Shown piece by piece: positions 1 through 9,954 of a stretch of 64,000 bases of DNA. Below the pieces are notes generated by a model. It ran no database searches. It was not told the DNA's origin and saw nothing but the letters and a program-made list of their open reading frames with translations. A program made the translations under genes and the position numbers. Each line of letters begins with the position of its first letter. The stretch's first letter is position 1. This DNA comes from Candidatus Flemingiibacterium sp. (lineage in GTDB: Bacteria; Bacillota; Clostridia; Oscillospirales; CAG-272), in contig JAZRPJ010000187.1 of the NCBI GenBank assembly GCA_045649205.1, positions 12,163 through 76,162 of the forward strand, given 5' to 3'.

Positions 1-766
1 GCTCCATTTTTTCCTCTGTTGTAGGAATTATTACTTCTTTGCCATTGAGCAGTGCCTCGGTTTGCGAAAATATCCAGGGGTTACCCTGAGCACCTCTTCC
101 TATCATAACAGCGTCAACCTTTGTTTCTTCTATCATTCTTACGGCATCCTGCGCCGAAAAAATGTCGCCGTTTCCGATAACAGGGATTTTCACCGCTTCT
201 TTTACACGGGCGATAGCCTCCCAGTCAGCAACACCCGAATAAAACTGCTCGCGGGTTCTGCCGTGAACGGTTATGGCAAAAGCCCCTTCCTCCTCGCAGA
301 TACGGGCAAGGTCTATTACATTTTTGCTCCCCTCGTCCCAGCCAAGCCGCATTTTGACACTTACCTTTTTGGGAGATGCCTTGACCACCTCACGCACAAT
401 CTCTCTTGCCAGGGGCAGATTTTTCATAAGAGCACTGCCGTCAGAGTTATTCACAATTTTAGGTGCCGGGCATCCCATGTTTATGTCCAGAAAAAGCCCC
501 GCCTCAGCTGCTTTTGCCGCAATCGAAGCCATTGTTGCACTTTCATGGCCGAAAATCTGCACCGCCGAAGGCAAGCATTCCGTTTCCATCATGTCCTCAG
601 TTTTACTGCTTTCAAAGCTGAGCGCCTTTGCGCTTACCATTTCTGTATACGAAAGAGCACACCCAAGTTTGTGACACACCCTGCGAAAAGCCAGGTCAGT
701 CACACCTGCCATAGGAGCAAGAAATACGTTATTTTTTAATTTTATTCCGCCTAAGTTAAATTCCAT
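1..766 (-). CDS. dusB: tRNA-dihydrouridine synthase (Dus family), 3' end outside window
   Basis: Not in the ORF track because it runs off the window edge. My minus-strand translation from ATG 766-764 gives MEFNLGGIKLKNNVFLAPMAGVTDLAFRRVCHKLG...LDINMGCPAPKIV...HGRTREQFYSG...IGNGDIF, which carries Dus motifs. It is a paralog of 62288-63262. Confidence 0.85.
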   Translation of the reverse strand, partial: MEFNLGGIKLKNNVFLAPMAGVTDLAFRRVCHKLGCALSYTEMVSAKALSFESSKTEDMMETECLPSAVQIFGHESATMASIAAKAAEAGLFLDINMGCPAPKIVNNSDGSALMKNLPLAREIVREVVKASPKKVSVKMRLGWDEGSKNVIDLARICEEEGAFAITVHGRTREQFYSGVADWEAIARVKEAVKIPVIGNGDIFSAQDAVRMIEETKVDAVMIGRGAQGNPWIFSQTEALLNGKEVIIPTTEEKME

Positions 767-841
767 ACCTGTTACCTCACCTTATATCCTAATTATATAT
801 AACCTGTAATAAAAAAACAACGACATTTTGCAAAATAAGTA

Positions 842-869
842 TTGAATTTTATTTGTTTTATGGTACAAT
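842..869 (+). promoter_or_regulatory. sigma-A-type promoter candidate for the ferredoxin gene
   Basis: TTGAAT (842-847), 16-nt spacer, TACAAT (864-869), with TG at 861-862 (extended -10). RBS AGGAAAGAGGTG lies upstream of the ATG at 902. Confidence 0.4.
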
Positions 870-901
870 GTATTTAGATTTTAGGAAAGAGGTGCTTCAC
901 T

Positions 902-1072
902 ATGGCATACATTATCAATGACGATTGCATCAGCTGTGGCGCATGCGCATCTGCTTGCCCCGTTGGTTGCATTTCTGAAGGCGACGCTAAGTACGTTATC
1001 AACGCTGACGAATGTGTTAGCTGCGGTAGCTGTGCAGAAGCTTGTCCTGTAGGCGCTCCCGTTGAAGAGTAA
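902..1072 (+). CDS. clostridial-type 2x[4Fe-4S] ferredoxin (56 aa)
   Basis: Below the ORF-track size cutoff. My translation is MAYIINDDCISCGACASACPVGCISEGDAKYVINADECVSCGSCAEACPVGAPVEE, with two CxxCxxCxxxCP motifs. A good RBS and a terminator flank it. Confidence 0.9.
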   Translation: MAYIINDDCISCGACASACPVGCISEGDAKYVINADECVSCGSCAEACPVGAPVEE

Positions 1073-1085
1073 TTACATGTGAATT

Positions 1086-1115
1086 AAAAACGCCAAGGGT
1101 TTCCTTGGCGTTTTT
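1086..1115. terminator. rho-independent terminator (bidirectional shape)
   Basis: Stem cgccaagg (1091-1098) / ccttggcg (1103-1110), loop gttt, flanked by AAAAA and TTTTT. Confidence 0.7.
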
Positions 1116-1134
1116 AATTAGAATTGGTGCTTTT

Positions 1135-1866
1135 ATGGAAAATATACTTTTACCTAATGAAAAAATTGAAGATTTAAACATAGGCGGTTATAAAATTATC
1201 CAGACAAAGGATGGCTTTTGCTTTGGAAGTGATGCGGTGCTTCTTTCTAAATTTGCAACTTTCAAAAAAGGCGCAAAAGTGCTTGACTTATGCACAGGTA
1301 CAGGCATTATCCCTGTTTTGTGCTGGGCAAGAAACAACCTTGAAAGCATAGATGCGGTTGAAATAATGCCAACTGTAGCATCTATGGCGAGCCGCACAAT
1401 GGAACTTAATAACCTTTCCGACAAAATAAGGGTTGTAAATGCCGATTTGAAGGACTGTGTTGAAATTTTCGGAAAACGTAAATTTGACGCTGTTACCTGC
1501 AACCCCCCTTACATGAATCAAGGCGGCGGGCTTGTAAACCCCAATGACTACCTTGCAGTAGCACGCCACGAGGTTCACTGTACCCTTGACGATGTTGTGC
1601 GCATATCTTCCGACATGTTAAAGCAACACGGCAAGCTTTTCATGGTACATCGTGCTGACCGGCTTTGCGATGTTATATCGGCTTTCCGCAAATACTCAAT
1701 TGAACCCAAGCGGCTTTCCATGGTGCAACCAAACAGCAAAAGTGCACCCAACCTTATACTCATTGAGGGTGCTCTCTACGGAAAGGTACAGCTTAAGGTG
1801 ACCGCTCCCGTCTGCATGTACGACGATGAAGGCAATTACATACAGCAAATTACAGATGAACTGTAA
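1135..1866 (+). CDS. SAM-dependent methyltransferase, tRNA1(Val) m6A37 (TrmN6/YfiC, B. subtilis YabB-like)
   Basis: SAM-binding motif LDLCTGTGIIP and catalytic NPPY. The track start at 1105 overlaps the terminator, so the ATG at 1135 (MENILLPNEK) is preferred. It sits next to rsmI, as in the Bacillus yabB-yabC region. Confidence 0.8.
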   Translation: MENILLPNEKIEDLNIGGYKIIQTKDGFCFGSDAVLLSKFATFKKGAKVLDLCTGTGIIPVLCWARNNLESIDAVEIMPTVASMASRTMELNNLSDKIRVVNADLKDCVEIFGKRKFDAVTCNPPYMNQGGGLVNPNDYLAVARHEVHCTLDDVVRISSDMLKQHGKLFMVHRADRLCDVISAFRKYSIEPKRLSMVQPNSKSAPNLILIEGALYGKVQLKVTAPVCMYDDEGNYIQQITDEL

Positions 1867-1946
1867 TCTATGATGTTTGCAGTGCAAACCATCCATTATT
1901 CACGTGCTTGTCACAACTTATCTCTTCTTTGAAAGGAGAAATTGCT

Positions 1947-2792
1947 ATGTCCGGAACATTATATCTTTGCGCAACACCCATAGGTAATTTAGAAGATATA
2001 ACCTACCGCTGCGTGCGGGTTTTAAACGAGGTTGACTTAATCGCTGCCGAGGATACCCGCAGAACACTTACACTTTTAAATCACTTAGGCATTGAAAAGC
2101 CTTTGACCAGCTACTACGAGCACAACAAGGCAGAAAAGGGTCCCTACCTTGTGCAGAAGCTTGTTGACGGATGTAATATTGCTCTTGTTTCCGATGCGGG
2201 CACGCCTGCAATATGCGACCCGGGTGAGGACTTGGTAAAGCTTTGCATTGAAGCCGGGGTTAACATTGTCCCCGTGCCCGGTGCCGTTGCGGCGGTTACG
2301 GCGCTTATTTCCAGCGGGCTTTCCACAATTAAATTTGTTTTTGAAGGCTTTATTTCAACAAACAGAAAAAACCGTATTGAGCTTTTTGAACGCCTTAAAA
2401 ACGAAACCCGTACAATGATTTTTTACGAGGCGCCCCACAAGCTCCAGACAACCCTTGAGGACATGTACAAATACTGGGGCAACCGCAGAATCACTCTTTG
2501 CCACGAGCTCACAAAAATCCACGAGGAGTTTATCCGCCTTACCCTCAAAGAGGCTGTAAGTTATTATGAAACAACCCTTCCCAAGGGTGAATTTGTTCTC
2601 ATTGTGGAGGGCAAAAGCGAGGAAGAGCTGGATGCAGAAGAAAAAGCATCATGGACACAAATGAGCATTGAAGAGCATTTTAATTATCACGTTTCCCAAG
2701 GCTTGACAGAAAAGGATGCAATAAAACAGGTTGCAAAGGACCGCGGGCTCCGCAAACAAGACGTATATAAAGAAATAAAGATAGCCGACTAA
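1947..2792 (+). CDS. rsmI: 16S rRNA (cytidine1402-2'-O)-methyltransferase
   Basis: The N-terminus MSGTLYLCATPIGNLEDITYR...IAAEDTR is typical of RsmI. RBS AAAGGAGAA precedes the ATG at 1947; the track start at 1908 has no RBS. Confidence 0.9.
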   Translation: MSGTLYLCATPIGNLEDITYRCVRVLNEVDLIAAEDTRRTLTLLNHLGIEKPLTSYYEHNKAEKGPYLVQKLVDGCNIALVSDAGTPAICDPGEDLVKLCIEAGVNIVPVPGAVAAVTALISSGLSTIKFVFEGFISTNRKNRIELFERLKNETRTMIFYEAPHKLQTTLEDMYKYWGNRRITLCHELTKIHEEFIRLTLKEAVSYYETTLPKGEFVLIVEGKSEEELDAEEKASWTQMSIEEHFNYHVSQGLTEKDAIKQVAKDRGLRKQDVYKEIKIAD

Positions 2793-2810
2793 GGCTATCT
2801 TTATTTCTTT
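2769..2810 (+). terminator. hairpin terminator overlapping the rsmI stop
   Basis: An 18-nt perfect inverted repeat, aaagaaataaagatagcc / ggctatctttatttcttt, around the TAA. Confidence 0.55.
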
Positions 2811-2931
2811 ATATTGCAGAATTGCGCTCTACGCTAAAAAAAATAATTTTCAGAAATGGATGCAGAAGTGCGCGAAAAGGGTCAAGGCTATACATATGCT
2901 GTATGCCTTGTCCCTTTTTGCGTGCCAATAC

Positions 2932-2961
2932 AAAACGGGCACTTATATAAGTGCCCGTTTT
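2932..2961. terminator. rho-independent terminator downstream of the minus-strand gene 2984-4903
   Basis: aaaacgggcac / gtgcccgtttt stem with A/T runs on both sides. Confidence 0.65.
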
Positions 2962-2983
2962 ATGGTCTGCGCCATTTATGAAA

Positions 2984-4903
2984 TTATTTTGAATATACTT
3001 CAACTTCTGCGATACTATTCCAGCCGGAAACTGTGTTACCGTACGCTGTAATTCTGATGTATCTTGCGCTTGCAGATGTGGATACATACTTTGTTGTATC
3101 TGTCATCTGTTCGCTGTCGCCGGACCATACTTCGCTGTAGCTTACGCCGTCGCTGGAAACTTCAATCTTATAGGGGATTGTACGTGTATCTTCGTACATC
3201 TTCATAGCAACGCCGATGCAGGAAAGTGTCTTTGCGCTACCGAGGTCGATAACAACGTTTGCTTCGTTCTGAGAAGCCCATACTGTCATCTTGTTACCGT
3301 CGATAAGGTTACCAACATGGTTTTCAGCCTCAGGTGTCTGGCTACCTGTGAGCATTGAAGTAGAAAGGGCAACCTTTGTGCCTGTTGCACTTGCTACAAC
3401 GCTACCTGCGCCTGCAGTAGTAGTTGTTGTAGTTGTGGTTGTAGTTGTTGTACCTGTAGCTGCGCCGGAGGAATAAACTTCAACTTCTGCGATAGAGTTC
3501 CAACCGGAAATTGTGTTACCGTGAGCTGTGATACGAACATACTGAGCACCGCTGCCTACGGATACGTACTTTGTTGTATCTGTCATTTCATCACTTGAAC
3601 CTGTCCATACCTGAGTATAGCTTGTTCCGTTAGAAGAAATTTCGATATCGTAAGGAATTGTTCTGTTGTCTTCATACATTCTCATTGCAACGCCGACTGT
3701 AGAAACTGTCTTTGCGCTACCGAGGTTGATTGTAACAGATGCATCGCCCTGAGAAGCCCATACTGTCTGCTTGTTGCCGTCAACAAGGTTACCTGCATGG
3801 TTTTCAGCTTCGGGTGTCTGGCTTGCTGTAAGCATAGAAGATGTAAGTGTAACCTTTGTGCCGGAGGGAGCTACTACAACGCTACCTGCTACGCCGGGTG
3901 TACCTGTAGTGGGCACAACAACTGCTGTGCCGTTCCATGCTTCAAGTTCAAGGATACTTGCCCAATCGCCTACTGTTGTACCGTTTGCATTGATACGAAC
4001 GTAACGGATAGAATCGTTTACGTCGTAGGAATCGAATGTAGCGCCGGAAGAACCACCGTCATGAATCTTCTTGTAGGTTCTGCCATCTGCGGAAACTTCG
4101 AGAGAGTAGTTTGTGCTTCTTTCAGAAGGCTTCCAAACTGCAACCTTTACATGAGTAACGGGCTTTACTGCGCCGAGGTCAAGTGTTGCGCTTGCAGCGC
4201 CCTGGCTTGCCCAACGGGAGCCAATGTTACCGTCGATCATGCACATGCCGTTATTTTCGGGTTCGGGTTCCTGGTCAGCATAAACACTTGTAAATGTAAG
4301 CTTACCTGTTTCTGCATTTATACCACCCATAGCTCCGCCAACTTCTGCAATTGCGGGAGCCTTAATAGATATTTCAGGAAGAGAACCTGATGTAATTGCG
4401 CCGGAAATTGTGGAAATAACATCTCTGTCACGGGAAGAGAGGCACTTTCTGTGAGAAATAACTGCCAACTTTGTAGCATCATCGTAGTATACGTGCTTAC
4501 CGAGAACTGTTTCGCCAAGGAATTCAACGGGAAGCATAAGTGCGCCGTTTACCATCTTGGGTGCAACAGCGGGATAATATACTCTGCCTTCAACAACAAC
4601 ATCTCTGTTGCCTTCCTTCATTGCAGCAACTCTGTTACCGAGCTTTACTACTGTAATACCGTTAATTTCTTCAACGCTGCCGTTAAAAGCTACTGCTACA
4701 AAACCAACAGGAGCGAGCATAACGCCATTTTCCTCAACGGGTGCAACAGTCTGAACAATGCTGTTCCACGCTACTGCGTTGGAGCTGCCAACCATGAGTG
4801 CTACGTTGTTGTTAATTGCAAGGGAATAGTCTGCCGCAAAAGCTGTGCTCATGCAGGAGAGCATAACGCAAATTACAACAAGGATACTTAAAACCTTTTT
4901 CAT
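2984..4903 (-). CDS. secreted protein: copper-amine-oxidase-N-like stalk domain plus three F5/8 type C (discoidin/CBM32-like) domains
   Basis: Signal peptide MKKVLSILVVICVMLSCMSTAFA. The N-terminal segment ...MVNGALMLPVEFLGETVLGKHVYYDDATKLAVIS resembles Cu_amine_oxidN1. Three modules carry DGN(x)xxxWASQG...Y(V/I)RI...GWxSIxExE(V/A)(Y/W). A Thr12 linker separates the second and third modules. Confidence 0.75.
   Translation of the reverse strand: MKKVLSILVVICVMLSCMSTAFAADYSLAINNNVALMVGSSNAVAWNSIVQTVAPVEENGVMLAPVGFVAVAFNGSVEEINGITVVKLGNRVAAMKEGNRDVVVEGRVYYPAVAPKMVNGALMLPVEFLGETVLGKHVYYDDATKLAVISHRKCLSSRDRDVISTISGAITSGSLPEISIKAPAIAEVGGAMGGINAETGKLTFTSVYADQEPEPENNGMCMIDGNIGSRWASQGAASATLDLGAVKPVTHVKVAVWKPSERSTNYSLEVSADGRTYKKIHDGGSSGATFDSYDVNDSIRYVRINANGTTVGDWASILELEAWNGTAVVVPTTGTPGVAGSVVVAPSGTKVTLTSSMLTASQTPEAENHAGNLVDGNKQTVWASQGDASVTINLGSAKTVSTVGVAMRMYEDNRTIPYDIEISSNGTSYTQVWTGSSDEMTDTTKYVSVGSGAQYVRITAHGNTISGWNSIAEVEVYSSGAATGTTTTTTTTTTTTAGAGSVVASATGTKVALSTSMLTGSQTPEAENHVGNLIDGNKMTVWASQNEANVVIDLGSAKTLSCIGVAMKMYEDTRTIPYKIEVSSDGVSYSEVWSGDSEQMTDTTKYVSTSASARYIRITAYGNTVSGWNSIAEVEVYSK
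2987..3900 (-). repeat. intragenic tandem duplication, about 480-nt period (two near-identical discoidin modules)
   Basis: ttcaacttctgcgata recurs at about 2999 and about 3479. The protein units ...SQTPEAENH(V/A)GNL(I/V)DGNK...SIAEVEVYS(K/S) are largely identical. Confidence 0.8.
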
Positions 4904-5047
4904 AAAGTTTCCTTCCTTTCATCTTCAAAGGCTTACGCCTAAAATATTTTAAAGGATGTCTTTCGACACGTACCCCTATCATATAGAGATACATAATTAT
5001 TATAACGTAAAATATTACCTTTGTAAATAGTTATTTTAACAAAATTA

Positions 5048-5080
5048 AGAAAAAGTCTCCGTGAAACAGAGACTTTTTCT
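5048..5080. terminator. bidirectional rho-independent terminator
   Basis: agaaaaagtctc (5048-5059) / gagactttttct (5069-5080). It serves yabO (minus strand) and the region upstream. Confidence 0.7.
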
Positions 5081-5111
5081 TATTTATAGGAAATTGCCAT
5101 TTGCCGCTTAT

Positions 5112-5357
5112 TCAGCCATCGATTACGCTATACATTGTTGCCGCATCGGCCTTAAGAGCATGCTCGCTGATGGCTTCAACTTTAACTCTGATAACTCTTT
5201 CGCCGAAGGTTATGGTTATAATATCGCCCACCTTGACCTCGCTCGATGCCTTTGCAACCTTGTCGTTAATTGTAATTCTGCCACCTGTACAAGCCTCAGC
5301 GGCGACAGTACGCCTTTTTATAAGGCGCGAAACCTTTAAATATTTGTCAATTCGCAT
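5112..5357 (-). CDS. yabO: S4-domain RNA-binding protein (YabO/RqcP family)
   Basis: MRIDKYLKVSRLIKRRTVAAEACTGGRITINDKVAKASSEVKVGD aligns by eye with B. subtilis YabO (MRLDKFLKVSRLIKRRTLAKE...). Size is 81 aa. Confidence 0.8.
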   Translation of the reverse strand: MRIDKYLKVSRLIKRRTVAAEACTGGRITINDKVAKASSEVKVGDIITITFGERVIRVKVEAISEHALKADAATMYSVIDG

Positions 5358-5370
5358 AATTTACACCAAA

Positions 5371-6780
5371 TTACTTGCAATCCTTATAGAATGCCGCAAA
5401 TGCTTTATAGGACATATACACATCCATCTTGCCCACAACTTCATAGGGTGCGTGCATGCTAAGCATGGGAACGCCGCAGTCGATTGTGTTAACGCCTAAG
5501 TTTGCAACAAACTGAGCGATTGTACCGCCGCCGCCTGCATCAACCTTACCCAATTCAGCTGTATGCCAGAGCACGTTGTTGTCGTTAAAAATCTTTCTTA
5601 CAAGACCCATGAGCTCTGCAGATGCATCGTTGCTGCCACTCTTACCGCCGCTGCCTGTGTACTTACTTACAGCGATACCCTTATTCATTCTGCCGCAGTT
5701 CTGTCCGTCATAAACATCACTGAACTTGGGGTCGAATGCTGCTGAAACGTCAGCAGAAAGGCAGTAGGACTTATCAAGCATTCTGAGACGGTTAATGTCG
5801 GAGGGAGCTTCGCCTGTCTTTTCCATAAGCTCGGAAAGGATAAGCTGCATAAAGTAGCTCTTTGCACCTGTGTTACCCATGCTGCCAACCTCTTCCTTGT
5901 CTGTAAGGATGCAAACAGCTGTTCTTTCAGGTGTTTCAATATCTAAAATAGCCTTGAGTGCTGCGTAAGAGCAAACGCGGTCATCATGACCGTATGCCGC
6001 AATCATACTGCGGTCAAAGCCAAGGTCCTTAGCCTTGAATGCGGGAACAATTTCAAGCTCTGCAGAAAGGAAGTCTTCCTCGCAGATGCCGTACTTTTCG
6101 TTAATGATAGCGAGCATTTTGCTCTTAACCTCACCCTTCTTAAGGCCGGTTTCCTCATCGTCTTCACCTTCGTAAGGAATGGAGCCCAGAAGGATTGTGA
6201 GCTGTTCGCCCTCAAGCATCCTATCACCTGTCTTAGCCATCTGGTTGCGACCAAGATGAGGAAGAAGGTCAGTTATAACAAATGTGAAATCGTCGTCGTA
6301 GTCGCCGATGGAAATGTCCTTCTTTGTGCCGTCAGCAAGCACTACAACACCGTGAATTGCAAGGGGAATTGCCGCCCACTGATACTTCTTGATGCCGCCA
6401 TAGTAATGTGTCTTGAAGAAAGCCATTTCGCCGTCTTCGAAAAGGGGATTCTGCTTTAAGTCAAGACGGGGTGCATCGATATGAGCGCCTGCAATATTAA
6501 CGCCTTCGCTCACTTTCTTTGTACCTATTGTGCAAAGCATAATGCACTTATTTTTGTTTACTGCGTAAACCTTGTCGCCTGCCTTAAGGCTTTCAACCTC
6601 TGCAAGGTTCTTAAAGCCTGCCGCTTCTGCCATAGCAATGGTTGTCTTAACGCATTCGCGTTCTGTCTTACCTTCGTCAAGGTATGTTTTATAACCTTCG
6701 CCAAATTCGAAAACCTTTGCTTTTTCATTATCGTCAATTACATTCCAGCCGTTTTTGAATTCAAGTTTCATTTTTATCAT
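5371..6780 (-). CDS. M18-family aminopeptidase
   Basis: 469 aa. Motifs GAHIDAPRLDLK, YGHDDRVCSY and MLSMHAPYE are typical of M18 'aminopeptidase 1'. Confidence 0.8.
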   Translation of the reverse strand: MIKMKLEFKNGWNVIDDNEKAKVFEFGEGYKTYLDEGKTERECVKTTIAMAEAAGFKNLAEVESLKAGDKVYAVNKNKCIMLCTIGTKKVSEGVNIAGAHIDAPRLDLKQNPLFEDGEMAFFKTHYYGGIKKYQWAAIPLAIHGVVVLADGTKKDISIGDYDDDFTFVITDLLPHLGRNQMAKTGDRMLEGEQLTILLGSIPYEGEDDEETGLKKGEVKSKMLAIINEKYGICEEDFLSAELEIVPAFKAKDLGFDRSMIAAYGHDDRVCSYAALKAILDIETPERTAVCILTDKEEVGSMGNTGAKSYFMQLILSELMEKTGEAPSDINRLRMLDKSYCLSADVSAAFDPKFSDVYDGQNCGRMNKGIAVSKYTGSGGKSGSNDASAELMGLVRKIFNDNNVLWHTAELGKVDAGGGGTIAQFVANLGVNTIDCGVPMLSMHAPYEVVGKMDVYMSYKAFAAFYKDCK

Positions 6781-6901
6781 CCTCCATAAAACATTTACTT
6801 AATTATACAATATTGTTTCCATAATTTCAACTGTTATATTGACTTTACAGCCCTCTGTATGTTAAGATTTTTTTAGAATTTTATGTCGAAAGGATTACAT
6901 C

Positions 6902-8680
6902 ATGATTAAACTTAAAGGACAATACGCACGCCTTAGCGATGCAGTGTTGAAAAAAAGCGCATTTTCTGAAAACAGAGAACGTACACTTACTTATTTAAGA
7001 TTGCTCGATGCCGACAGAATGCTCTACAACTTCCGTATGACATTCGGCTTGGAAAATAAATGTGAGCCTTTAGGCGGCTGGGAAGAACCCAAGGGGCTTC
7101 TCAGAGGGCATTCAACAGGGCATTTTCTTTCAGCGCTTGCCCTGGCATACAGTGCAACAGGCGAGGCTGTATTCAAAGAAAAAATGGACTATATGGTCAC
7201 AGAGCTTCGCAAAATGCAGTTAATGTGCAAAGGCAAAGCAAGTGACTTTGTGACGAAGGGTGACAGCGAGCACCCCGAGGAAGAGCTTTGGAGCACCAAC
7301 CCCGAGGAATGGGGCGAGGGCTTTTTGTCTGCCTACTCCCCCGACCAGTTTGCACTTTTGGAAAAGTTCACAAAGTACAACAAAATCTGGGCACCCTATT
7401 ATACGCTTCACAAAATAGTTGCAGGTCTTCTTGACTGTTACACCCGTGGTGGCAACGAGGAAGCGCTTGATTGTGCAAAGGGAATTGCAAGCTGGATTGC
7501 AGACCGCCTTGCTCTCCTTTCCCATGAGCACCGCACAAAAATGTGGAGCATGTACATCGCCGGTGAATTTGGTGGCATGAACGAGTCGCTCACAGCTCTT
7601 TACAACATAACAGGCGAGGAAAAATATCTTGCAACGGCAAAAATGTTTGATAATGAAAACATTTTCCCCGGTTTAGCCAAGGGTGAGGATACAATTAAAA
7701 ACCTTCATGCTAACCAGCATATTCCTCAGATACTTGGTGCAATCGAGGAATATATGGCAACTGAGGACGATTTTTACTACTCCATAGGTAAAAGCTTTTT
7801 TGATATAGTGACAGAGCACCACATGTATGCAATCGGCGGTGTTGGTCAGGCTGAAACCTTTAAAAACCCCGACGAACTGGCACTCAACATTAAGGAAGCC
7901 ACAAACTGCGAAACCTGTGCCGCATATAACATGCTCAAAACGGCACGTATGCTCTACGGCTTAAACCCCGATGAGGTTAAGTATATGGATTATTACGAAA
8001 GAGCCATGATTAATCAGATACTGGCCTCCCAGACACCCTTCGTTGACGAAAACCATCACAACGGCGTTACATACATGCTTCCCATTGGCCCCGGTGCAGA
8101 AAAGGAATACACAGACGACTACGATTCTTTCACCTGCTGTCACGGCACAGGAATGGAAAACCACGTAAAATATCAGGACGCATCCTTCTTTATCAAGGAC
8201 GACAATACACTTGTTGTAAATCAGTATGTGCCCGCAACCTATAATGGTGACGTATGCGTGGAAATTGACACCCTCTTCCCCTTTGGTGGCGGAAAAATCA
8301 CTGTTACAGGTGATTGCGATATGGAAATTCTTTTCCGTATTCCCACCTGGTGTGAAAACCCCTTTAACCTTCCGGAAGAAGGCAGATATGCACGCCTTTT
8401 CCACAAGGCAGGAGCTACAGATGTAATCGAAGTTAATTTCAATTACGAAGTGCGCTTTGAAAAGACCCCCGATAAGCTTGAGGGCAAAGAAGTTGGCGCT
8501 GTTATGTACGGTCCCTTTGTAATGGTTTGTGAAAACAGCTACAAAAAGTTTTTAACCATCGGCAAGGACCTTACTCCCGTAGAAAATGAAATTGCATTAA
8601 CAGGCTATGGCTTGAAGTTTGTACCCATGTATCAGATGCATAATAGGCCCTACCATACATATTTTATAATTGAAGACTAA
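6902..8680 (+). CDS. glycoside hydrolase family 127-like protein (beta-L-arabinofuranosidase / DUF1680)
   Basis: LLRGHSTGHFLSALA, NCETCAAYNM and SFTCCHGTGMEN match the GH127 Zn/Cys motifs as I remember them. Confidence 0.75.
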   Translation: MIKLKGQYARLSDAVLKKSAFSENRERTLTYLRLLDADRMLYNFRMTFGLENKCEPLGGWEEPKGLLRGHSTGHFLSALALAYSATGEAVFKEKMDYMVTELRKMQLMCKGKASDFVTKGDSEHPEEELWSTNPEEWGEGFLSAYSPDQFALLEKFTKYNKIWAPYYTLHKIVAGLLDCYTRGGNEEALDCAKGIASWIADRLALLSHEHRTKMWSMYIAGEFGGMNESLTALYNITGEEKYLATAKMFDNENIFPGLAKGEDTIKNLHANQHIPQILGAIEEYMATEDDFYYSIGKSFFDIVTEHHMYAIGGVGQAETFKNPDELALNIKEATNCETCAAYNMLKTARMLYGLNPDEVKYMDYYERAMINQILASQTPFVDENHHNGVTYMLPIGPGAEKEYTDDYDSFTCCHGTGMENHVKYQDASFFIKDDNTLVVNQYVPATYNGDVCVEIDTLFPFGGGKITVTGDCDMEILFRIPTWCENPFNLPEEGRYARLFHKAGATDVIEVNFNYEVRFEKTPDKLEGKEVGAVMYGPFVMVCENSYKKFLTIGKDLTPVENEIALTGYGLKFVPMYQMHNRPYHTYFIIED

Positions 8681-8683
8681 ACG

Positions 8684-8718
8684 AAACTGCACTTGAAAGT
8701 TCAAGTGCAGTTTTTCTT
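8684..8718 (+). terminator. rho-independent terminator of the GH127-like gene
   Basis: aaactgcacttga / tcaagtgcagttt followed by ttctt. Confidence 0.7.
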
Positions 8719-8811
8719 TAATGACGAAGTCTATTCATGAGCCAAAGGCACAATTCACAACGAAGTTAATTCATGCAAGCTGGGCTTGCAATTAATTGAC
8801 TCGCGTAAGTT

Positions 8812-8844
8812 CTAAAATAAAAAGCCCGACACACAGTGTCGGGC
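8812..8844 (-). terminator. rho-independent terminator of gap
   Basis: gcccgacac (8824-8832) / gtgtcgggc (8836-8844). The minus strand then reads TTTTTATTTTAG. Confidence 0.75.
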
Positions 8845-8857
8845 TTAATTTTAAAAC

Positions 8858-9889
8858 TTACGCGAGTTCTGCGAAGTACTTAATTGTTCTTACCATCTGG
8901 CTTGTGTAGCTGTTTTCGTTGTCATACCAAGAAACAACCTGTACCTGGTAAAGGTCATCGCCAACCTTGGAAACCATTGTCTGTGTAGCATCGAAGAGAG
9001 AACCGTATGTCATACCGATAACGTCGGAAGATACGATTTCATCTTCGTTGTAACCGAAGGAAGCAGAAGCAGCAGCCTTCATAGCAGCGTTGATGCCTTC
9101 CTTAGTTACGTCTGCACCCTTAACAACAGCTGTAAGGATTGTTGTAGAACCTGTGGGAACGGGAACTCTCTGAGCAGCACCGATGAGCTTGCCGTTAAGT
9201 TCGGGAATTACAAGACCGATAGCCTTTGCAGCACCTGTAGAGTTGGGAACGATGTTTGCAGCACCTGCACGAGCACGACGAAGGTCACCCTTTCTGTGAG
9301 GACCGTCGAGGATCATCTGGTCGCCTGTGTAAGCATGGATTGTAGCCATGATACCGGACTGGATTTCTGCATAGTCGTTAAGAGCCTTAGCCATGGGAGC
9401 AAGGCAGTTTGTTGTACAAGAAGCAGCGGAGATAATCTTATCGTCAGCTGTAAGTGTCTTTTCGTTTACGGAGAATACGATTGTGGGAAGATCGTTACCA
9501 GCGGGAGCGGAGATAACTACCTTCTTAGCACCAGCGTCGATGTGAGCCTGGCTCTTTTCCTTGGAGCAGTAGAAACCTGTACATTCGAGAACTACGTCTA
9601 CACCGATTTCACCCCAGGGAAGATCTGCTGCGTTCTTTTCTGCATAAATCTTGATTTCCTTACCATCAACTGTGATAGAACCTTCGCCTGCAACAACTGT
9701 GTGTGTGCCTGCACCGATCTTACCGCAGTAACCACCCTGTGCTGTGTCATACTTGAGAAGGTGAGCGAGCATCTTAGGATCTGTAAGATCGTTGATAGCT
9801 ACTACTTCGTAACCTTCAGCGCCAAACATCTGTCTGAACGCGAGACGGCCGATACGGCCAAAACCATTGATTGCAACTTTAACTGCCAT
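8858..9889 (-). CDS. gap: type I glyceraldehyde-3-phosphate dehydrogenase
   Basis: [19 protein letters not shown] and the active site SCTTNCLAP. Size is 343 aa. Confidence 0.97.
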   Translation of the reverse strand: MAVKVAINGFGRIGRLAFRQMFGAEGYEVVAINDLTDPKMLAHLLKYDTAQGGYCGKIGAGTHTVVAGEGSITVDGKEIKIYAEKNAADLPWGEIGVDVVLECTGFYCSKEKSQAHIDAGAKKVVISAPAGNDLPTIVFSVNEKTLTADDKIISAASCTTNCLAPMAKALNDYAEIQSGIMATIHAYTGDQMILDGPHRKGDLRRARAGAANIVPNSTGAAKAIGLVIPELNGKLIGAAQRVPVPTGSTTILTAVVKGADVTKEGINAAMKAAASASFGYNEDEIVSSDVIGMTYGSLFDATQTMVSKVGDDLYQVQVVSWYDNENSYTSQMVRTIKYFAELA

Positions 9890-9954
9890 GTTAAAGACCT
9901 CCTAAATAAAAATTTATTTAAAATATTAATAACGGCTTATGCCATATTAAACTC

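Noticed and set aside
62-739. Track ORFs 62-739 and 273-674 on the plus strand
   Set aside because: They lie antisense to a clear Dus-family reading frame that runs off the window edge and was therefore not listed in the track.
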